The translations under genes were made by a program, and so were the position numbers. From the sequence record PZ445530.1: a stretch of DNA of 64,000 nucleotides; one strand, written 5' to 3'. Positions 30,038 through 40,627 of this stretch are shown here, in pieces. Each line of letters begins with the position of its first letter. Within the stretch, counting starts at the first letter, position 1. Under the pieces are notes generated by a model that had not been told where the DNA came from, did no database searches, and saw nothing but the letters and a program-made list of their open reading frames with translations. The stretch comes from a phage.

Positions 30038-31362
30038 ATGAGTAAAACCAAATTAGAACTTACCTGGATAGGTAAAAACGAGCGCAAAAAGTTAGAGCCG
30101 CACATTTTGTTAGAAGATTCTAGCAAGTCTTACCACAGCCAGAAAGTGACCGAAAACGATATTTTTGATAATAAACTGATTTTTGGAGATAACTTATTAG
30201 CATTGAAGGCGCTAGAGCAAGAGTACGCAGGCAAAGTGAAGTGTGTTTACATAGACCCACCATTCAACACCGGGAGGGCTTTTGAGCACTACGATGATAG
30301 CCTGGAGCATTCCATTTGGCTGGGCTTAATGAGGGATAGGTTAGAAATAATTCGTAATCTTCTAAGTGATGATGGGGTAATATTCGTTCACTTAGATGAT
30401 TGCGAAATGGCGTATTTAAAAGTTTTGATGGACGAGATTTTTGGTCGTGCAAATCAGTTAAATACCATATCGATGACCACAAATTCCCCTTCGGGATTTA
30501 AGGCAACGGGAGCCACAGTTTTCTCCACAGCAAACTTTTTGCTTGTATATGCAAAAGATCGCACCCAGAAACCGCTTAACAAAATCTATATACCTAAAGG
30601 GTATGATACCGGATATAACAAATACCTATTAAACCCGGATGATCATTATAAAAATTGGACGTGGTGCGGTATTGCCGATGCGTTTGCAAAGGCCAATGGC
30701 TATAAAGATGCAAAAGAAGCCAAGAAAAAACTGCCTGACACATTCGATAATGAATTAGCACAATTTGCAATTGATAATGCAGAACGTGTATTTCAATCTG
30801 TTGCAATTGGTGGTGGTGCTAAAATAAAGAGAAAAGAAACTATAGAGAAGTCAAAGAAAGATAGGGATAAGGTTTATGTACATCCAAATGAGGATGTTGA
30901 AGGATTTTATATCGCAAATGGTAGGCAAATGGTCTTTTACTCCAACAGGCTTTTGGAAATTGACGGTGATATGCAACCTGCGGAACTAATAACTGATGTT
31001 TGGACAGACATTAGTTGGAATGGAATAGCAAATGAAGGCGGCGTTAGTTTCAAAAATGGGAAAAACCAGAAGCGCTTTTGAAGCGGATTTTCGAAATGTG
31101 TACGCGAGAAGGTGATTTGGTATTGGATTCATTCGGTGGTTCGGGAACTACTGCCGCTGTAGCTCACAAGATGAAAAGACGTTGGATCTCCATCGAGATT
31201 GGTGATCATTGCCATACCCATATTATTCCGCGCTTGGAAAAAGTGATCGATGGGGAAGATCAAGGTGGTATTTCTAAGTCTGTAAACTGGCAAGGTGGTG
31301 GTGGCTTCCGTTATTACAAACTTGCCCCGACCTTAATTGCGAAAGATAAGTCTGATCAATAA
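30038..31362 (+). CDS. beta-class DNA amino-methyltransferase (N6A/N4C type), reading frame interrupted by a frameshift near 31048-31062
   Basis: Motif IV VYIDPPFN in frame A; conserved KPEALLKRI...GDLVLDSFGGSGTT (motif I) continues only in frame B; frames swap within an A-rich tract. Confidence 0.6.
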
Positions 31363-31375
31363 AGAGTACAATCAA

Positions 31376-31681
31376 ATGATGAAACGTTATAAACCATACA
31401 CTTTTGAAATCGATTTCGAACTTGACGATATGTTCACTGTAGAAGCTCAGGCAGTTGTCCAGTTGCCAGACCCGGAGTGCCGTGATTCTGATGTTGACTA
31501 TTACGGATTTAGACAGATCACTGATGTGCATGTTTACCACAACGGTGAAGAGGTGGACTTCCACCAACTGCCAAACGATATTCGCCACTCAATTTACAAA
31601 CGTGCAGCCCGTGAACTAGAGTCCTATCTGGATGCAGCGACGACAGCAGCTGCATTTGCCGAAGAAGTGGGAGGTTTCTGA
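31376..31681 (+). CDS. hypothetical protein (101 aa)
   Basis: ATG at 31376 in track ORF frame. Confidence 0.45.
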   Translation: MMKRYKPYTFEIDFELDDMFTVEAQAVVQLPDPECRDSDVDYYGFRQITDVHVYHNGEEVDFHQLPNDIRHSIYKRAARELESYLDAATTAAAFAEEVGGF

Positions 31682-32076
31682 TGATTACAGGTGTGAAGAT
31701 TCTCCAATACCACTTAACCAAATTGGAAGATGCTGAAAAAGAGCTTGCAGAAGTTCTGAATAGTGGATATACTTTGCTATCATGCGCCTGCTCAGACACC
31801 TACGTTGTGTGGACACTTATCCGGAAGGAAGAGCCTGCAGGGATCTTGGTGCCAAACCCTAAGATTATTAGTGAGGTGGATGACTATTCCCAGGACGGCC
31901 TGCCAGAAGGCTGGGAAGTATGGGAAGGTGGTGAAAACCCTGCACCAGGTAAGTGGGTAAAATACAAACTACGTAGTGGTGCACAGTACGCTGACTACTC
32001 TGATGACCTAGACTGGAGTCATTCTTCACCAGGATCATCTGCAAGTTCATATGATATCGTTGCTTTTCAGGAATAA
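31681..32076 (+). CDS. hypothetical protein (131 aa)
   Basis: RBS gggagg; ATGA overlap. Confidence 0.5.
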   Translation: MITGVKILQYHLTKLEDAEKELAEVLNSGYTLLSCACSDTYVVWTLIRKEEPAGILVPNPKIISEVDDYSQDGLPEGWEVWEGGENPAPGKWVKYKLRSGAQYADYSDDLDWSHSSPGSSASSYDIVAFQE

Positions 32077-32088
32077 GGAGAGGGTGTT

Positions 32089-32571
32089 ATGTCAGATTTT
32101 ATGTGGAAAGTAGGCTATGCCACTCCTGAAATGTGCGAGGCTTGCTTTGTGAAAATAGGCCGCGAGGATATCGACAAAGTGATCCTTAAGTTTCGTGATG
32201 TGACTGTGATCGGCAACCGAGTGCTTAAGCACTTAAAGAATCTGAAGCTCACCAAAAAGAAGTTCTTCGGGCTTTTCGAAGAGAAAGTTGATGCTTGGAC
32301 CCATTGCATTCAGGAAGCTAAATCTCACTACAGTGCTATCGTTACTCCAGAACGGGCAGCTAAGATGGAAGGATTCATTAACAGCACAGAATTTGAGTGT
32401 CTGAAAGCTGCACTCGATAGTTATCCGAAATGCCTTAAGCACTTGGACAAGTATGCAGAAAAGGATGGGGAAATGTATCTAACCCTGGACGCATATTATG
32501 AGATGCAAGAAATTTTAAATTTAGATTTGACATTGGTATCCACCGAGTATACAATAGGTATCCGGGTTTAA
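32089..32571 (+). CDS. hypothetical protein (160 aa)
   Basis: RBS aggagagg before ATG. Confidence 0.5.
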   Translation: MSDFMWKVGYATPEMCEACFVKIGREDIDKVILKFRDVTVIGNRVLKHLKNLKLTKKKFFGLFEEKVDAWTHCIQEAKSHYSAIVTPERAAKMEGFINSTEFECLKAALDSYPKCLKHLDKYAEKDGEMYLTLDAYYEMQEILNLDLTLVSTEYTIGIRV

Positions 32572-32577
32572 CACTAG

Positions 32578-32604
32578 GCCCTGCCCGAAAGGGTGGGGCT
32601 TTTT
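32578..32604 (+). terminator. intrinsic terminator (copy 1 of a repeated terminator)
   Basis: GCCCTGCCC-GAAA-GGGTGGGGC hairpin followed by TTTTT; identical element at 43565-43592. Confidence 0.6.
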
Positions 32605-32622
32605 GCATTAGGAGACAGCAAA

Positions 32623-33387
32623 TTGAAATTTATCTACAAAGAACACTACCACAAAGGTGTTGTGTGGAGTCTATTTGACGGGTCTGGTGGTGCAGTCATT
32701 GACTGGGCAAAAGCTGGGTACCTGTGCCTGTGCTTTAATGCAGAAGGCGCTGATCACGGCAGTTATGCAGAGGTGATCACCGATCATCCCAACATTCACT
32801 ATGTGGACTATTGGATCGACCCGTGGTTCCCTCAGGAAACTTTTTGCATGTATCCGGCTCCAGATTTTATTCTTGCATTTCCTCCGTGCACGCATTTAGC
32901 GGTATCAGGTGCTGCACATTTTAAGAAAAAGCTGGCTAAGGACCCCATGATCCAAATTAATGCTGTAAAGGATGCTCGGGTTGCGGAAGAGCTGGGAGAG
33001 ATTTACGATTGCCCGTGGCATGTAGAGAATCCTGTGGGTGTTATGTCCACACTGTGGCGCAAACCTGATTACCGTTTTCACCCTTCGGATTATGGCGGGT
33101 ATTTACCGGAAGATGATGTAAACCCATGGTTTCCTGAATTTATAGCTCCACGTGATGCCTATCCAAAAATAACTTGCGGCTGGATAGGTAATGGATTTAT
33201 AATCCCAGCCACAAAACCTGTCCCGCAAATAGTTGACGCGGTTAGCGGGTATTCCATGCAACACGCCAAGCTGGGTGGAAAGAGTGCAAGAACGAAGATG
33301 ATTCGAAGCCTCACACCACGTGGCTGGGCAAAAGCCGTATTCCTAGCAAACGAGCCTGTAGTAAGGAGCAGAATTAATGGGAAGTAA
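32623..33387 (+). CDS. C5-cytosine DNA methyltransferase-like protein (compact, non-canonical)
   Basis: TTG start 7 nt after AGGAGA; motif I-like SLFDGSGG, motif IV-like FPPCTHLAVSGA (Gln replaced by Thr), motif VI-like HVENPVG in canonical order. Confidence 0.45.
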   Translation: MKFIYKEHYHKGVVWSLFDGSGGAVIDWAKAGYLCLCFNAEGADHGSYAEVITDHPNIHYVDYWIDPWFPQETFCMYPAPDFILAFPPCTHLAVSGAAHFKKKLAKDPMIQINAVKDARVAEELGEIYDCPWHVENPVGVMSTLWRKPDYRFHPSDYGGYLPEDDVNPWFPEFIAPRDAYPKITCGWIGNGFIIPATKPVPQIVDAVSGYSMQHAKLGGKSARTKMIRSLTPRGWAKAVFLANEPVVRSRINGK

Positions 33388-35455
33388 ATTTATGGCATCT
33401 GCATACAACCGTTTCGGTGAGCCAAACCCGAAAGCAACTAAGTATAAAAGTGGGGGAAGTGTGAAACGAGACTATCGTGATGAAAAAGAAGTTGAAACTG
33501 TAGAGACTGTTTTAGAAAATACTAAAATTGTCCCTGTCCCACAACAAAATATCGGTCTGATGGCTGCACAATATTTTGGTGTGCGATCAGCATTGTCACA
33601 AGAAGACGGTGTGACAGTCACTGCAACATATTTCCCATATTACGACCGCTACGGAAATCTGTCCGGTTTCAAAAAGCGTGACTGGACTATTCCTAAAGAA
33701 CAAAGGGGCCACTTCTCCGTTGTTGGCATCGTAAAGGCCAACTCCCAGATGTTTGGTCAAAAGCTGTGTGCATCTTCCAACAACCGTAAGCAGATTAACG
33801 TTTGTGAGGGGGAAGGTGATGTTATTGCAGCATGGCAGGCTGCATATCAGATACAAGTAAAAGGGATTCTCACCAACGCTAAAGCCCCGGCAAAGGTGAA
33901 GCAGTGGGCTAAAGAAGTCCAGGACGGGATCGATGCAGTTATCAACGGTGGTGATCTGGCAGGAAAACCATGCCTGCCTTTTGTTGGAATTAACTGTGGA
34001 TGTGCAAACGCAGTAGATACTTTTGCAAACAATGAGAAGTTTATCCGTAGCTATGGAACAGTTGTGCTGGCAATGGATAACGATGCAGCTAACGAGGTAG
34101 AGAAGCAAAAACACGTCATTAAAGGTGTTGAGGCCACGCACAATATCGCAGCATTTTTGATGGCTGATAACGTTTACCACGTAGAATACCCTGGTGAAGT
34201 AAACGACCCTGACGGTGTAAAAGATATCCGAGACATGCTGAAGGCTAAAAAGCTGGAAGATATTGTCAACATGTTCCGGCATCCTGTTAAATATGTGCCT
34301 GATGCGGTGTCGGATTTAGAAGACTTCTCTATCGAGTCTTTGCGGAAAAAGACTTCCAACGGGGTAGATATCAGCGCAGAGTTCCCAAAACTGCAAAAAA
34401 TGCTAAAAGGCTTGCACAAAGGGACACTCGTAATGCTTACAGGTCCATCAGGTGGCGGTAAAACAACCGTAGCTAAAAAACTGGAACACTGTATTGCAAG
34501 ATACCTAATGGACCCGACATGCCCGAAGGCTGATGACTATGAAGAGGATGATCGTCTATGTATGATCCATCTTGAGGAGGACCCAGAGGAAGCAATTAAC
34601 TCCTTGTATGCAAACCAGTTAGGGTTTGATGTTAAAGAGTTTGTTGAAGATCCTAGCCAGTTTTTAACTGATCAAGAACACGCAGAGATTCACCAATCAT
34701 GGGCAAAAGCTGGAAAAATCAAAGTGTTCAAACATTTCGGGTCTATTCCGGTGGATGAGTTGATTACCAAGCTTAAGCAAATGGTTTGCCTGTACCATTG
34801 CCGTTATATTGTGCTGGATCACCTGTCCATGGTAATTTCAGGGCTTAATGTTAAGGATGAGCGAAAAGAACTGGACATGGCTATGACTCAGCTGGCTGCG
34901 TTTTGTAAGCAGTTTAACGTGTTTATCTTGGTGATCGCTCACCTCAAACGTACAGAGATTGTGCCTCCTAAGGACAAGGATGGTAACCCGTTACCTTTCT
35001 GGTATCCTGTGCGAAAAGAGAATTTGCGAGGATCGGCGGGGCTTGAACAGTTGAGTTGGGTAGTCATAGGTGTCGAGGCCGAAGAAATGGTGGATCGTTC
35101 TCGTGGACGTGTCCGTCTGGTAGGTCTTAAAAACCGTCCAGCAAAAACTCTAGGTATTGCTGACACTTTGGTTATGGACCCGCACACAGGTAAGTTCCAT
35201 GATGCCAGTAATTGGTACTGGGACAAAGAAATGCAAATGTTTACAGACGGAGAAGGTGGGGAGGTTGTTTGGAGACCTCAGGCTATGTTTGAGGATCAGG
35301 AGCATGCAGTTGTAGAAACACCTATGGGCAAGGTTGTGGCTGATAAGGTTGTAACTCCTACTGTTAAGCCTGTTGACACGCAGGAAGACCTCCAGTACGA
35401 TGATCCGTCCTCTGACCATGTTCCTGGTTTTGAGGATGATGAAACACCTTTTTAA
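33377..35455 (+). CDS. DNA primase-helicase (TOPRIM primase + DnaB-like helicase, T7 gp4-type)
   Basis: TOPRIM motifs VCEGEGD and VLAMDNDAANE; helicase Walker A GPSGGGKTT and Walker B IVLDHLS. Confidence 0.75.
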   Translation: MGSKFMASAYNRFGEPNPKATKYKSGGSVKRDYRDEKEVETVETVLENTKIVPVPQQNIGLMAAQYFGVRSALSQEDGVTVTATYFPYYDRYGNLSGFKKRDWTIPKEQRGHFSVVGIVKANSQMFGQKLCASSNNRKQINVCEGEGDVIAAWQAAYQIQVKGILTNAKAPAKVKQWAKEVQDGIDAVINGGDLAGKPCLPFVGINCGCANAVDTFANNEKFIRSYGTVVLAMDNDAANEVEKQKHVIKGVEATHNIAAFLMADNVYHVEYPGEVNDPDGVKDIRDMLKAKKLEDIVNMFRHPVKYVPDAVSDLEDFSIESLRKKTSNGVDISAEFPKLQKMLKGLHKGTLVMLTGPSGGGKTTVAKKLEHCIARYLMDPTCPKADDYEEDDRLCMIHLEEDPEEAINSLYANQLGFDVKEFVEDPSQFLTDQEHAEIHQSWAKAGKIKVFKHFGSIPVDELITKLKQMVCLYHCRYIVLDHLSMVISGLNVKDERKELDMAMTQLAAFCKQFNVFILVIAHLKRTEIVPPKDKDGNPLPFWYPVRKENLRGSAGLEQLSWVVIGVEAEEMVDRSRGRVRLVGLKNRPAKTLGIADTLVMDPHTGKFHDASNWYWDKEMQMFTDGEGGEVVWRPQAMFEDQEHAVVETPMGKVVADKVVTPTVKPVDTQEDLQYDDPSSDHVPGFEDDETPF

Positions 35456-35513
35456 TGTTTAACAAAGAGTGGGAGGGGTAGTACAACCGCCTCCCCTTTA
35501 AGGAGAACTGTAT

Positions 35514-38500
35514 ATGAGCATGTGGTCGTTCGATTTTGAGTCATCCGGTTTGCTGGAAGACCCAGATCTTTATTATCACTGCGGCCTGTTTAAAGAGCTG
35601 AATAAGAACCGTTTTATGCTGTTCCTTCCTCTGAATGACCGCACACACTACTCCGAGGAGGATATAGAGAAGGCCAAGAACTTTATTCTGGCAAAGAAAA
35701 CTCTTTATAAGGATTTTGAAGTTCGCATAGCAGATTTTTCGGAGTTGGAAGGTTGGCTTACAGGAAATTCCGACTGGTCACCAACAGCTTTGAACTGCCA
35801 TAACTGCTACAGTTATGACTTTATGCTGATGGAGAGATTATCCGGTATTCATTTTGATATGTTCCGTGATCCTAAATGTATGGGGACTATCAACGACCAC
35901 CAGGTTAACCTGTTTGATACGTTGGCGATGAGCCGAATCTTGTGGCCTGATCGCCCTTTACCAAAAGGTTGTCCGGACTCCGTATTCAACCCGGTTACTA
36001 AGAAAATGCAGCCTGTTGGTCCTCACGGCCTTATGGCATGGGGCTACGCCCTTGGTAACCAGAAAGTTCAAATTGATGATTGGCGCGATCTTCCGTTGTG
36101 GAAGTATGTGGATCGTGTATTCGAGGACGTTATCATCCAGGAGCTACTCTGGAAAGAGCTGGTAGCGGAATCAAAAGGTGTATTCTACGGCAAATCTGAC
36201 ATGCAGAACTTTATGTACGATCCTGCCAAAGAGAAGCCGAAAGGGTTCAAGAAGATCACCTGGAAGAACGCATTGCGCCGGGGTATGCTGCAACACTTCC
36301 TGATGGAGCTGCAGGCCCGTCAGGGTGTGTATTTTGACATAGATGGAGCTATTGCTTTACGTGACCGTTGCGATGCGTGGATGAAAGAAATCGCTGATCG
36401 TGTTGAACCACAACTGCCTTTAAAAGAGCTGTCAATGTCTCAGCGGCCCAAGTTCCCTGAAAAGCCGTTTAACCAAGATGGGACAATCTCTAATAATGGT
36501 TGGAAATGGTTAAAAGATAAGCTTGGCTATCCTGTGGACATGAGTGCTTTAGAGTTCAAAGCCCCACCTAAGCGAGCATTTACCTCTACAGGAGATGTCA
36601 GTAAGATGGGGATAAAATGGTGTGAAGAGATGGGCTGCAAAGACCACGATAAGATGGCTGATTTCTTGAGAGGCTATATTAAGGGCACCTCCACACCACA
36701 ACCTTTACCTAAAGAGCTGATGGATCAGGCAATAAGCGATCTGCAGCAGAAGCGAATGCCTGACTGCAAGATACCTATGAAAATCAGCAATCAGGACGAT
36801 ATTAAGCGATACCTGATCAGTGCTGGTTGGCTTCCGACAATGTGGAGAACTAAGGATGTAACTAAAGACAGCAAGAAGAAAGCTTTACCTGATGCAGATG
36901 TTGATGCACGAGTATATGCATATATGGACGAGCTTTTGGAGTCAGAGTATTGTGACCTAATTATCAACTTCTGGAACAAAACTGATGCTAAGTTCCAGAC
37001 AACCGTGCACAAGTTCCGAAGCTTTCCTAACTCCGAAAGGATTAAAAAGGAAGTATTCGGGAAAATACGTAGAAAAGCTAGGGCACTTATTACTTCTCCG
37101 CAACTGAAAGATACGTTTGGACACCTGTGTCCGAATCTTGAAAAATTGAACGGAGAGATGGCTAAAGATATCGTCTTATGGTTATCATTGCGAAACCGCA
37201 GATCGGTACTTGATCCAATCAAGGAGGATAAGGTTGACACTGGTCTTCTTAATCACCCACGTTTGAAGATTGACCATAAGCTTCCTGCTAAAAGCTCTGG
37301 ATTAACAAACACTTCCAGACAGAAACACAGTATTTGTGCAAACATGCCTAAACCCTCTCCTAAAGTGGTTATGGGTAAAGAGATGCGTAGCTTGTGGGGT
37401 GTTCCTCCAGGATACTTTGAGATCGGTATCGACGGGTCCAACTTAGAGCAGCTTATCGGGGCTTGGGGTGCCTTTGAGTTCGACAACGGCCTGTATTACG
37501 ATGTTGTAAGTAACGGAGACGCACACCAAAACAATGCTGAGGCATATACAAAAGTAGCAGGCAGAGAGGTGTCCCGTAACGACGGTAAACCTATCACGTA
37601 TGGGGTTATGTACGGGGCACAAAAAGATAAAGTTGCAGATATGCTGGACATCTCTCCAGAGTTGGGACAAAGGGTAATCGATGCGCTTTGGGATGCCAAC
37701 CCTGGTCTTAAGGGCCGTAAAGAGGATCTGGAGAAATTCTGGGAAGCAACGGGTAAGAAGTTTATCTACTCTTTTGATGGTCATGCCATCTGGACCCGAT
37801 CTAAACACTCTTTACTTAATGCATACCAACAGAATGGTGGTGCATCGCTGTGTGACTTGGTTGGGATACTTATGCACCACCAAATGGTGAAGCGTGGGTG
37901 GTACGATGAAGGTGTTCGTCGTATTATCTATTACCATAAATAACATTGTGGCTTCGTGCAGTGATGCACGTCGAAAACCTCTTTAATTGACGGGAAGGCT
38001 AAGTTGACTTTTACACCTAAACATGGTAAAAGCTCAATATGCTAATCCGCAGCGAAGACTAAAGGGGTGTAGTTAAAATGGCTAGATCAGTTGAGTATCA
38101 CGGATATACCGTGTTTGATGATGGAACAATACCTTTATCGAAACGTGATCATACAACAATGTTTTGTTTTGATAATGGTCGAGGTTACCTTTGCGTAACC
38201 ATGTTCATCGAGGGGAAGCAGTGCACAAAAGGTGTCCACCACTTGGTTGCTGAATGCTTTGTATCAAACCCTGATCCTGAAAGGCTCACATGGGTGAACC
38301 ATAAGGACGGAAACAAATACAACAATGCATACTGGAACCTTGAATGGACCACCCCTGGTGGAAATATCAAACACGCTTATGATAATGACCTCAGAGTAAG
38401 GCCAGTCGGTGAGTATAATGCCAACGCTGTACTGACCGAGGATGAGGTAACGGAGATTTGCGAACTGTTACAAAGTGGTTTACGACAATGCGAGATTAGG

Positions 38501-39133
38501 GATCTTGGGTATCCTTATGAGACGGTCAGAGCCATAAAGCAAAGAAGACAGTGGAAACATATCTCTAAAAACTACACCTGGTAGTAACGTTCAGAGACTA
38601 TCGAAAGCATAGCGCCAACATAAATTGGTGCGAAGAAGCGAGTAGAGTAGACCAGCAAGTGCGGTCGAAATGGGAGGTGCCTTGGTAACAAGGTAGTGAG
38701 ATAGTCCGATCCATACAGGAAACTGTATGGCTGTGCACGTAATGGTGCGGGGTAGCTTAACGACCTACCTGAACTATTGGATGAGTACCAACTTCAAGTC
38801 CCTGACACACCGAAGTATAAGACTGTGTACACCTTCGACACAATTGAAGAATTGGAAGCATTTAAGGCAGAGCAGGAGGCCAAACTTCATGTGTTCGACG
38901 GTCATAAGTACAAAAAGGCACGCAAGGATGAAAACGGAAACGAAGTGGTTGACAGAGACGGAAACACGGTGTACGATCCTATCTTGAACGATGACGGAAA
39001 GCTTGAACTTATCTGGAGTCCTGTGGGCGAAATGGTGGTACATTGCTTCTGGCAAGCTTCTAAAATGATGGGAGTCCCGTTCCAGATCACAGGTGAATAC
39101 TTGTGTGGTCGTAATTGGGGTGATTGTCACTAA
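35514..39133 (+). CDS. family A DNA polymerase with 3'-5' exonuclease, interrupted by a group I intron (exon 1 35514-37937, exon 2 38780-39133)
   Basis: Exo I FDFES; motif A GIDGSNLEQL; motif B KPITYGVMYGAQ; splicing joins ...RIIYYH to DEYQLQV giving motif C HDE; C-terminus NWGDCH resembles T7 polymerase end. Confidence 0.8.
37938..38779 (+). mobile_element. group I self-splicing intron carrying an HNH endonuclease ORF
   Basis: Exon ends in U; internal guide GUGG pairs with exon CCAU; P2 hairpin CGTGCA-GTGA-TGCACG; P-like AATTGACGGGAAGG (37985-37998); Q AATCCGCAGC (38044-38053); R GTTCAGAGACTA (38589-38600); S-like GAGATAGTCC (38698-38707); terminal G at 38779. Confidence 0.75.
38078..38584 (+). 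CDS. HNH homing endonuclease (intron-encoded)
   Basis: HHLVAECF...NHKDGNKYNNAYWNLEW HNH/AP2-type motif; lies between intron Q and R elements. Confidence 0.8.
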   Translation: MARSVEYHGYTVFDDGTIPLSKRDHTTMFCFDNGRGYLCVTMFIEGKQCTKGVHHLVAECFVSNPDPERLTWVNHKDGNKYNNAYWNLEWTTPGGNIKHAYDNDLRVRPVGEYNANAVLTEDEVTEICELLQSGLRQCEIRDLGYPYETVRAIKQRRQWKHISKNYTW

Positions 39134-39182
39134 TGTAAACTATCAACACATGGAAGTGTTGTTGAGCAAAGAGGAGACTTTT

Positions 39183-39467
39183 ATGGTAGTAGAACCAACA
39201 AAAACATTTACATCTATGACTATCCCTGTTATTATGCAGGTGGAGTGTGTTCAGGTATCTCAAGTGTGGCCTGGTACCAAAATCCCAACAGGGCCTGATT
39301 TCTTTCAGGTTGGGAAAGTGTACAATGTCTGGAAGGCACCAGATTGTTACCCTTTCATCAAAGATGACCGTGGAATGTTGTGGTATCTTGGAAATGATTT
39401 GACACTGCACCTTGGGAATGTTATTATTGCAGTATTCAGACTTAACAAGAAGGAGACCGATCAATGA
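39183..39467 (+). CDS. small hypothetical protein (member of small paralog family)
   Basis: ATG 6 nt after GAGGAG, just downstream of polymerase stop. Confidence 0.4.
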   Translation: MVVEPTKTFTSMTIPVIMQVECVQVSQVWPGTKIPTGPDFFQVGKVYNVWKAPDCYPFIKDDRGMLWYLGNDLTLHLGNVIIAVFRLNKKETDQ

Positions 39468-39691
39468 CAACTTTGGTTAAAGCTACTTTTGTAGAAGAAA
39501 AGATGACAGACCTGTCATTCTTTAAAGAAGGAAAGACCTACGAGGTTTATTACGATAAAAATCGTGCAAACAAGATGATTAAAGACGAGGAAGGGATTGC
39601 CTGGTTTATCTCCCATCTGGCAAACGGTGAGTATCATATCTACGGAACCACCCTGCTTGCCAAGTTTGTAGCTGTAGAAGAGGACCTATGA
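39464..39691 (+). CDS. small hypothetical protein (75 aa)
   Basis: RBS ggagacc; ATGA overlap. Confidence 0.45.
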   Translation: MTTLVKATFVEEKMTDLSFFKEGKTYEVYYDKNRANKMIKDEEGIAWFISHLANGEYHIYGTTLLAKFVAVEEDL

Positions 39692-39882
39692 AAGTAAAGT
39701 ATCTTGCTGAAGGTATGAGTAGGTATTTTACCCTTGGCGAAGAATATTGGCCCTTTACAAGCAACGGCGATGTCTACGTGAAAGATAATTTCGGAACGCC
39801 GTGGTTTCTGCACTCTAATGGGCTGGGATACTCCATTTACTGCGGTGCAGTGAACAACACAACTCTTGCAGAGTTCGTTTAG
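39688..39882 (+). CDS. small hypothetical protein (64 aa)
   Basis: ATGA overlap; similar hydrophobic/aromatic pattern to neighbours. Confidence 0.4.
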   Translation: MKVKYLAEGMSRYFTLGEEYWPFTSNGDVYVKDNFGTPWFLHSNGLGYSIYCGAVNNTTLAEFV

Positions 39883-39892
39883 AGGAGGTAGG

Positions 39893-40264
39893 ATGTTAGT
39901 AAAAGGTACCCACACAGTCAAACAACGTATTGAAGTTGAGATTGATGATTGTGAGCTGAAGCATATTCTACGGTCATGTTCTAACGTTTTGCTCCTTAGC
40001 ATTCTCCAAGAGCGAGCGGAGAACGAGTTCTTAAATGCATTGGCAGGCCGTCCGGGTGACTTTTGTGTGCGTAAGCGTGGTGACAACAAGTCATGGCTGT
40101 GGGAAATCGATGCCGACTGGGATTACCACAAAAATGAGGGTATAGATGAGCCTATTCGTGAACTGACGGACAAAGAGATTCAGATGTACAATGAAGTTTG
40201 TCATTGGGCAACACGCCAACAAATTTACCTCGACCCTGTGTGGCTGATTGAAAATAGCCATTGA
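39893..40264 (+). CDS. hypothetical protein (123 aa)
   Basis: ATG after GAGGAGG. Confidence 0.45.
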   Translation: MLVKGTHTVKQRIEVEIDDCELKHILRSCSNVLLLSILQERAENEFLNALAGRPGDFCVRKRGDNKSWLWEIDADWDYHKNEGIDEPIRELTDKEIQMYNEVCHWATRQQIYLDPVWLIENSH

Positions 40265-40340
40265 CAAGAAGTAAGATTAGATATAAGATGCTTCACACAA
40301 ACAGATCGGTGATTTTTAAATAACTAAGGAGACTGCCAAG

Positions 40341-40595
40341 ATGAAAATTACTTTGAAGCCAGATTGCGTTGCAAATGACCGAGCTTTTAAAGATTGCCCA
40401 GTCGGTGCAATTTATGAAGCAGAGTTTTGTGAGAACCCTCTGGTAAAAGCCCTTCTGGAAGAAGGGGCCCCTTTATCACAAGAAGAGATCGATGAGCTGG
40501 AAAACTCAGCACAGTGCCTTACCTTTAAAGATGATGAAGGAGACTCTGTCTGGTGCACTGTTAATGAAGTCGTTTTTGTAAAACCTGAACATTAA
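40341..40595 (+). CDS. small hypothetical protein (84 aa)
   Basis: RBS taaggag; paralogous to 40659-40931 (KPD...AF(K/R)DC...DD(E/Q)GD.V.CT). Confidence 0.45.
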   Translation: MKITLKPDCVANDRAFKDCPVGAIYEAEFCENPLVKALLEEGAPLSQEEIDELENSAQCLTFKDDEGDSVWCTVNEVVFVKPEH

Positions 40596-40598
40596 TAC

Positions 40599-40627
40599 TT
40601 GACAACAGCGATAGGACCTAGTACAAT
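40599..40627 (+). promoter_or_regulatory. sigma70-like promoter with -10 inside an inverted repeat
   Basis: TTGACA - 17 bp - TACAAT; AGGACC...GGTCCT inverted repeat brackets the -10. Confidence 0.4.

Noticed and set aside
31048-31066. Phase-variable (phasevarion-type) switch of the methyltransferase via the A-run
   Set aside because: Known phase-variable mod genes use much longer homopolymers or tetranucleotide repeats; an A5 run is too short for efficient slippage. Retained only as a minor alternative to sequencing error or pseudogenisation.
32593-32622. Track start (GTG at 32593) for the C5-MTase-like gene
   Set aside because: That codon lies inside the terminator hairpin at 32578-32604; the TTG at 32623 preceded by AGGAGA is a more credible start.
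38727-38987. Track ORF spanning the intron 3' end and exon 2 in another frame
   Set aside because: Starts inside the group I intron core and runs out of frame with the polymerase C-terminus; explained by intron plus exon 2.
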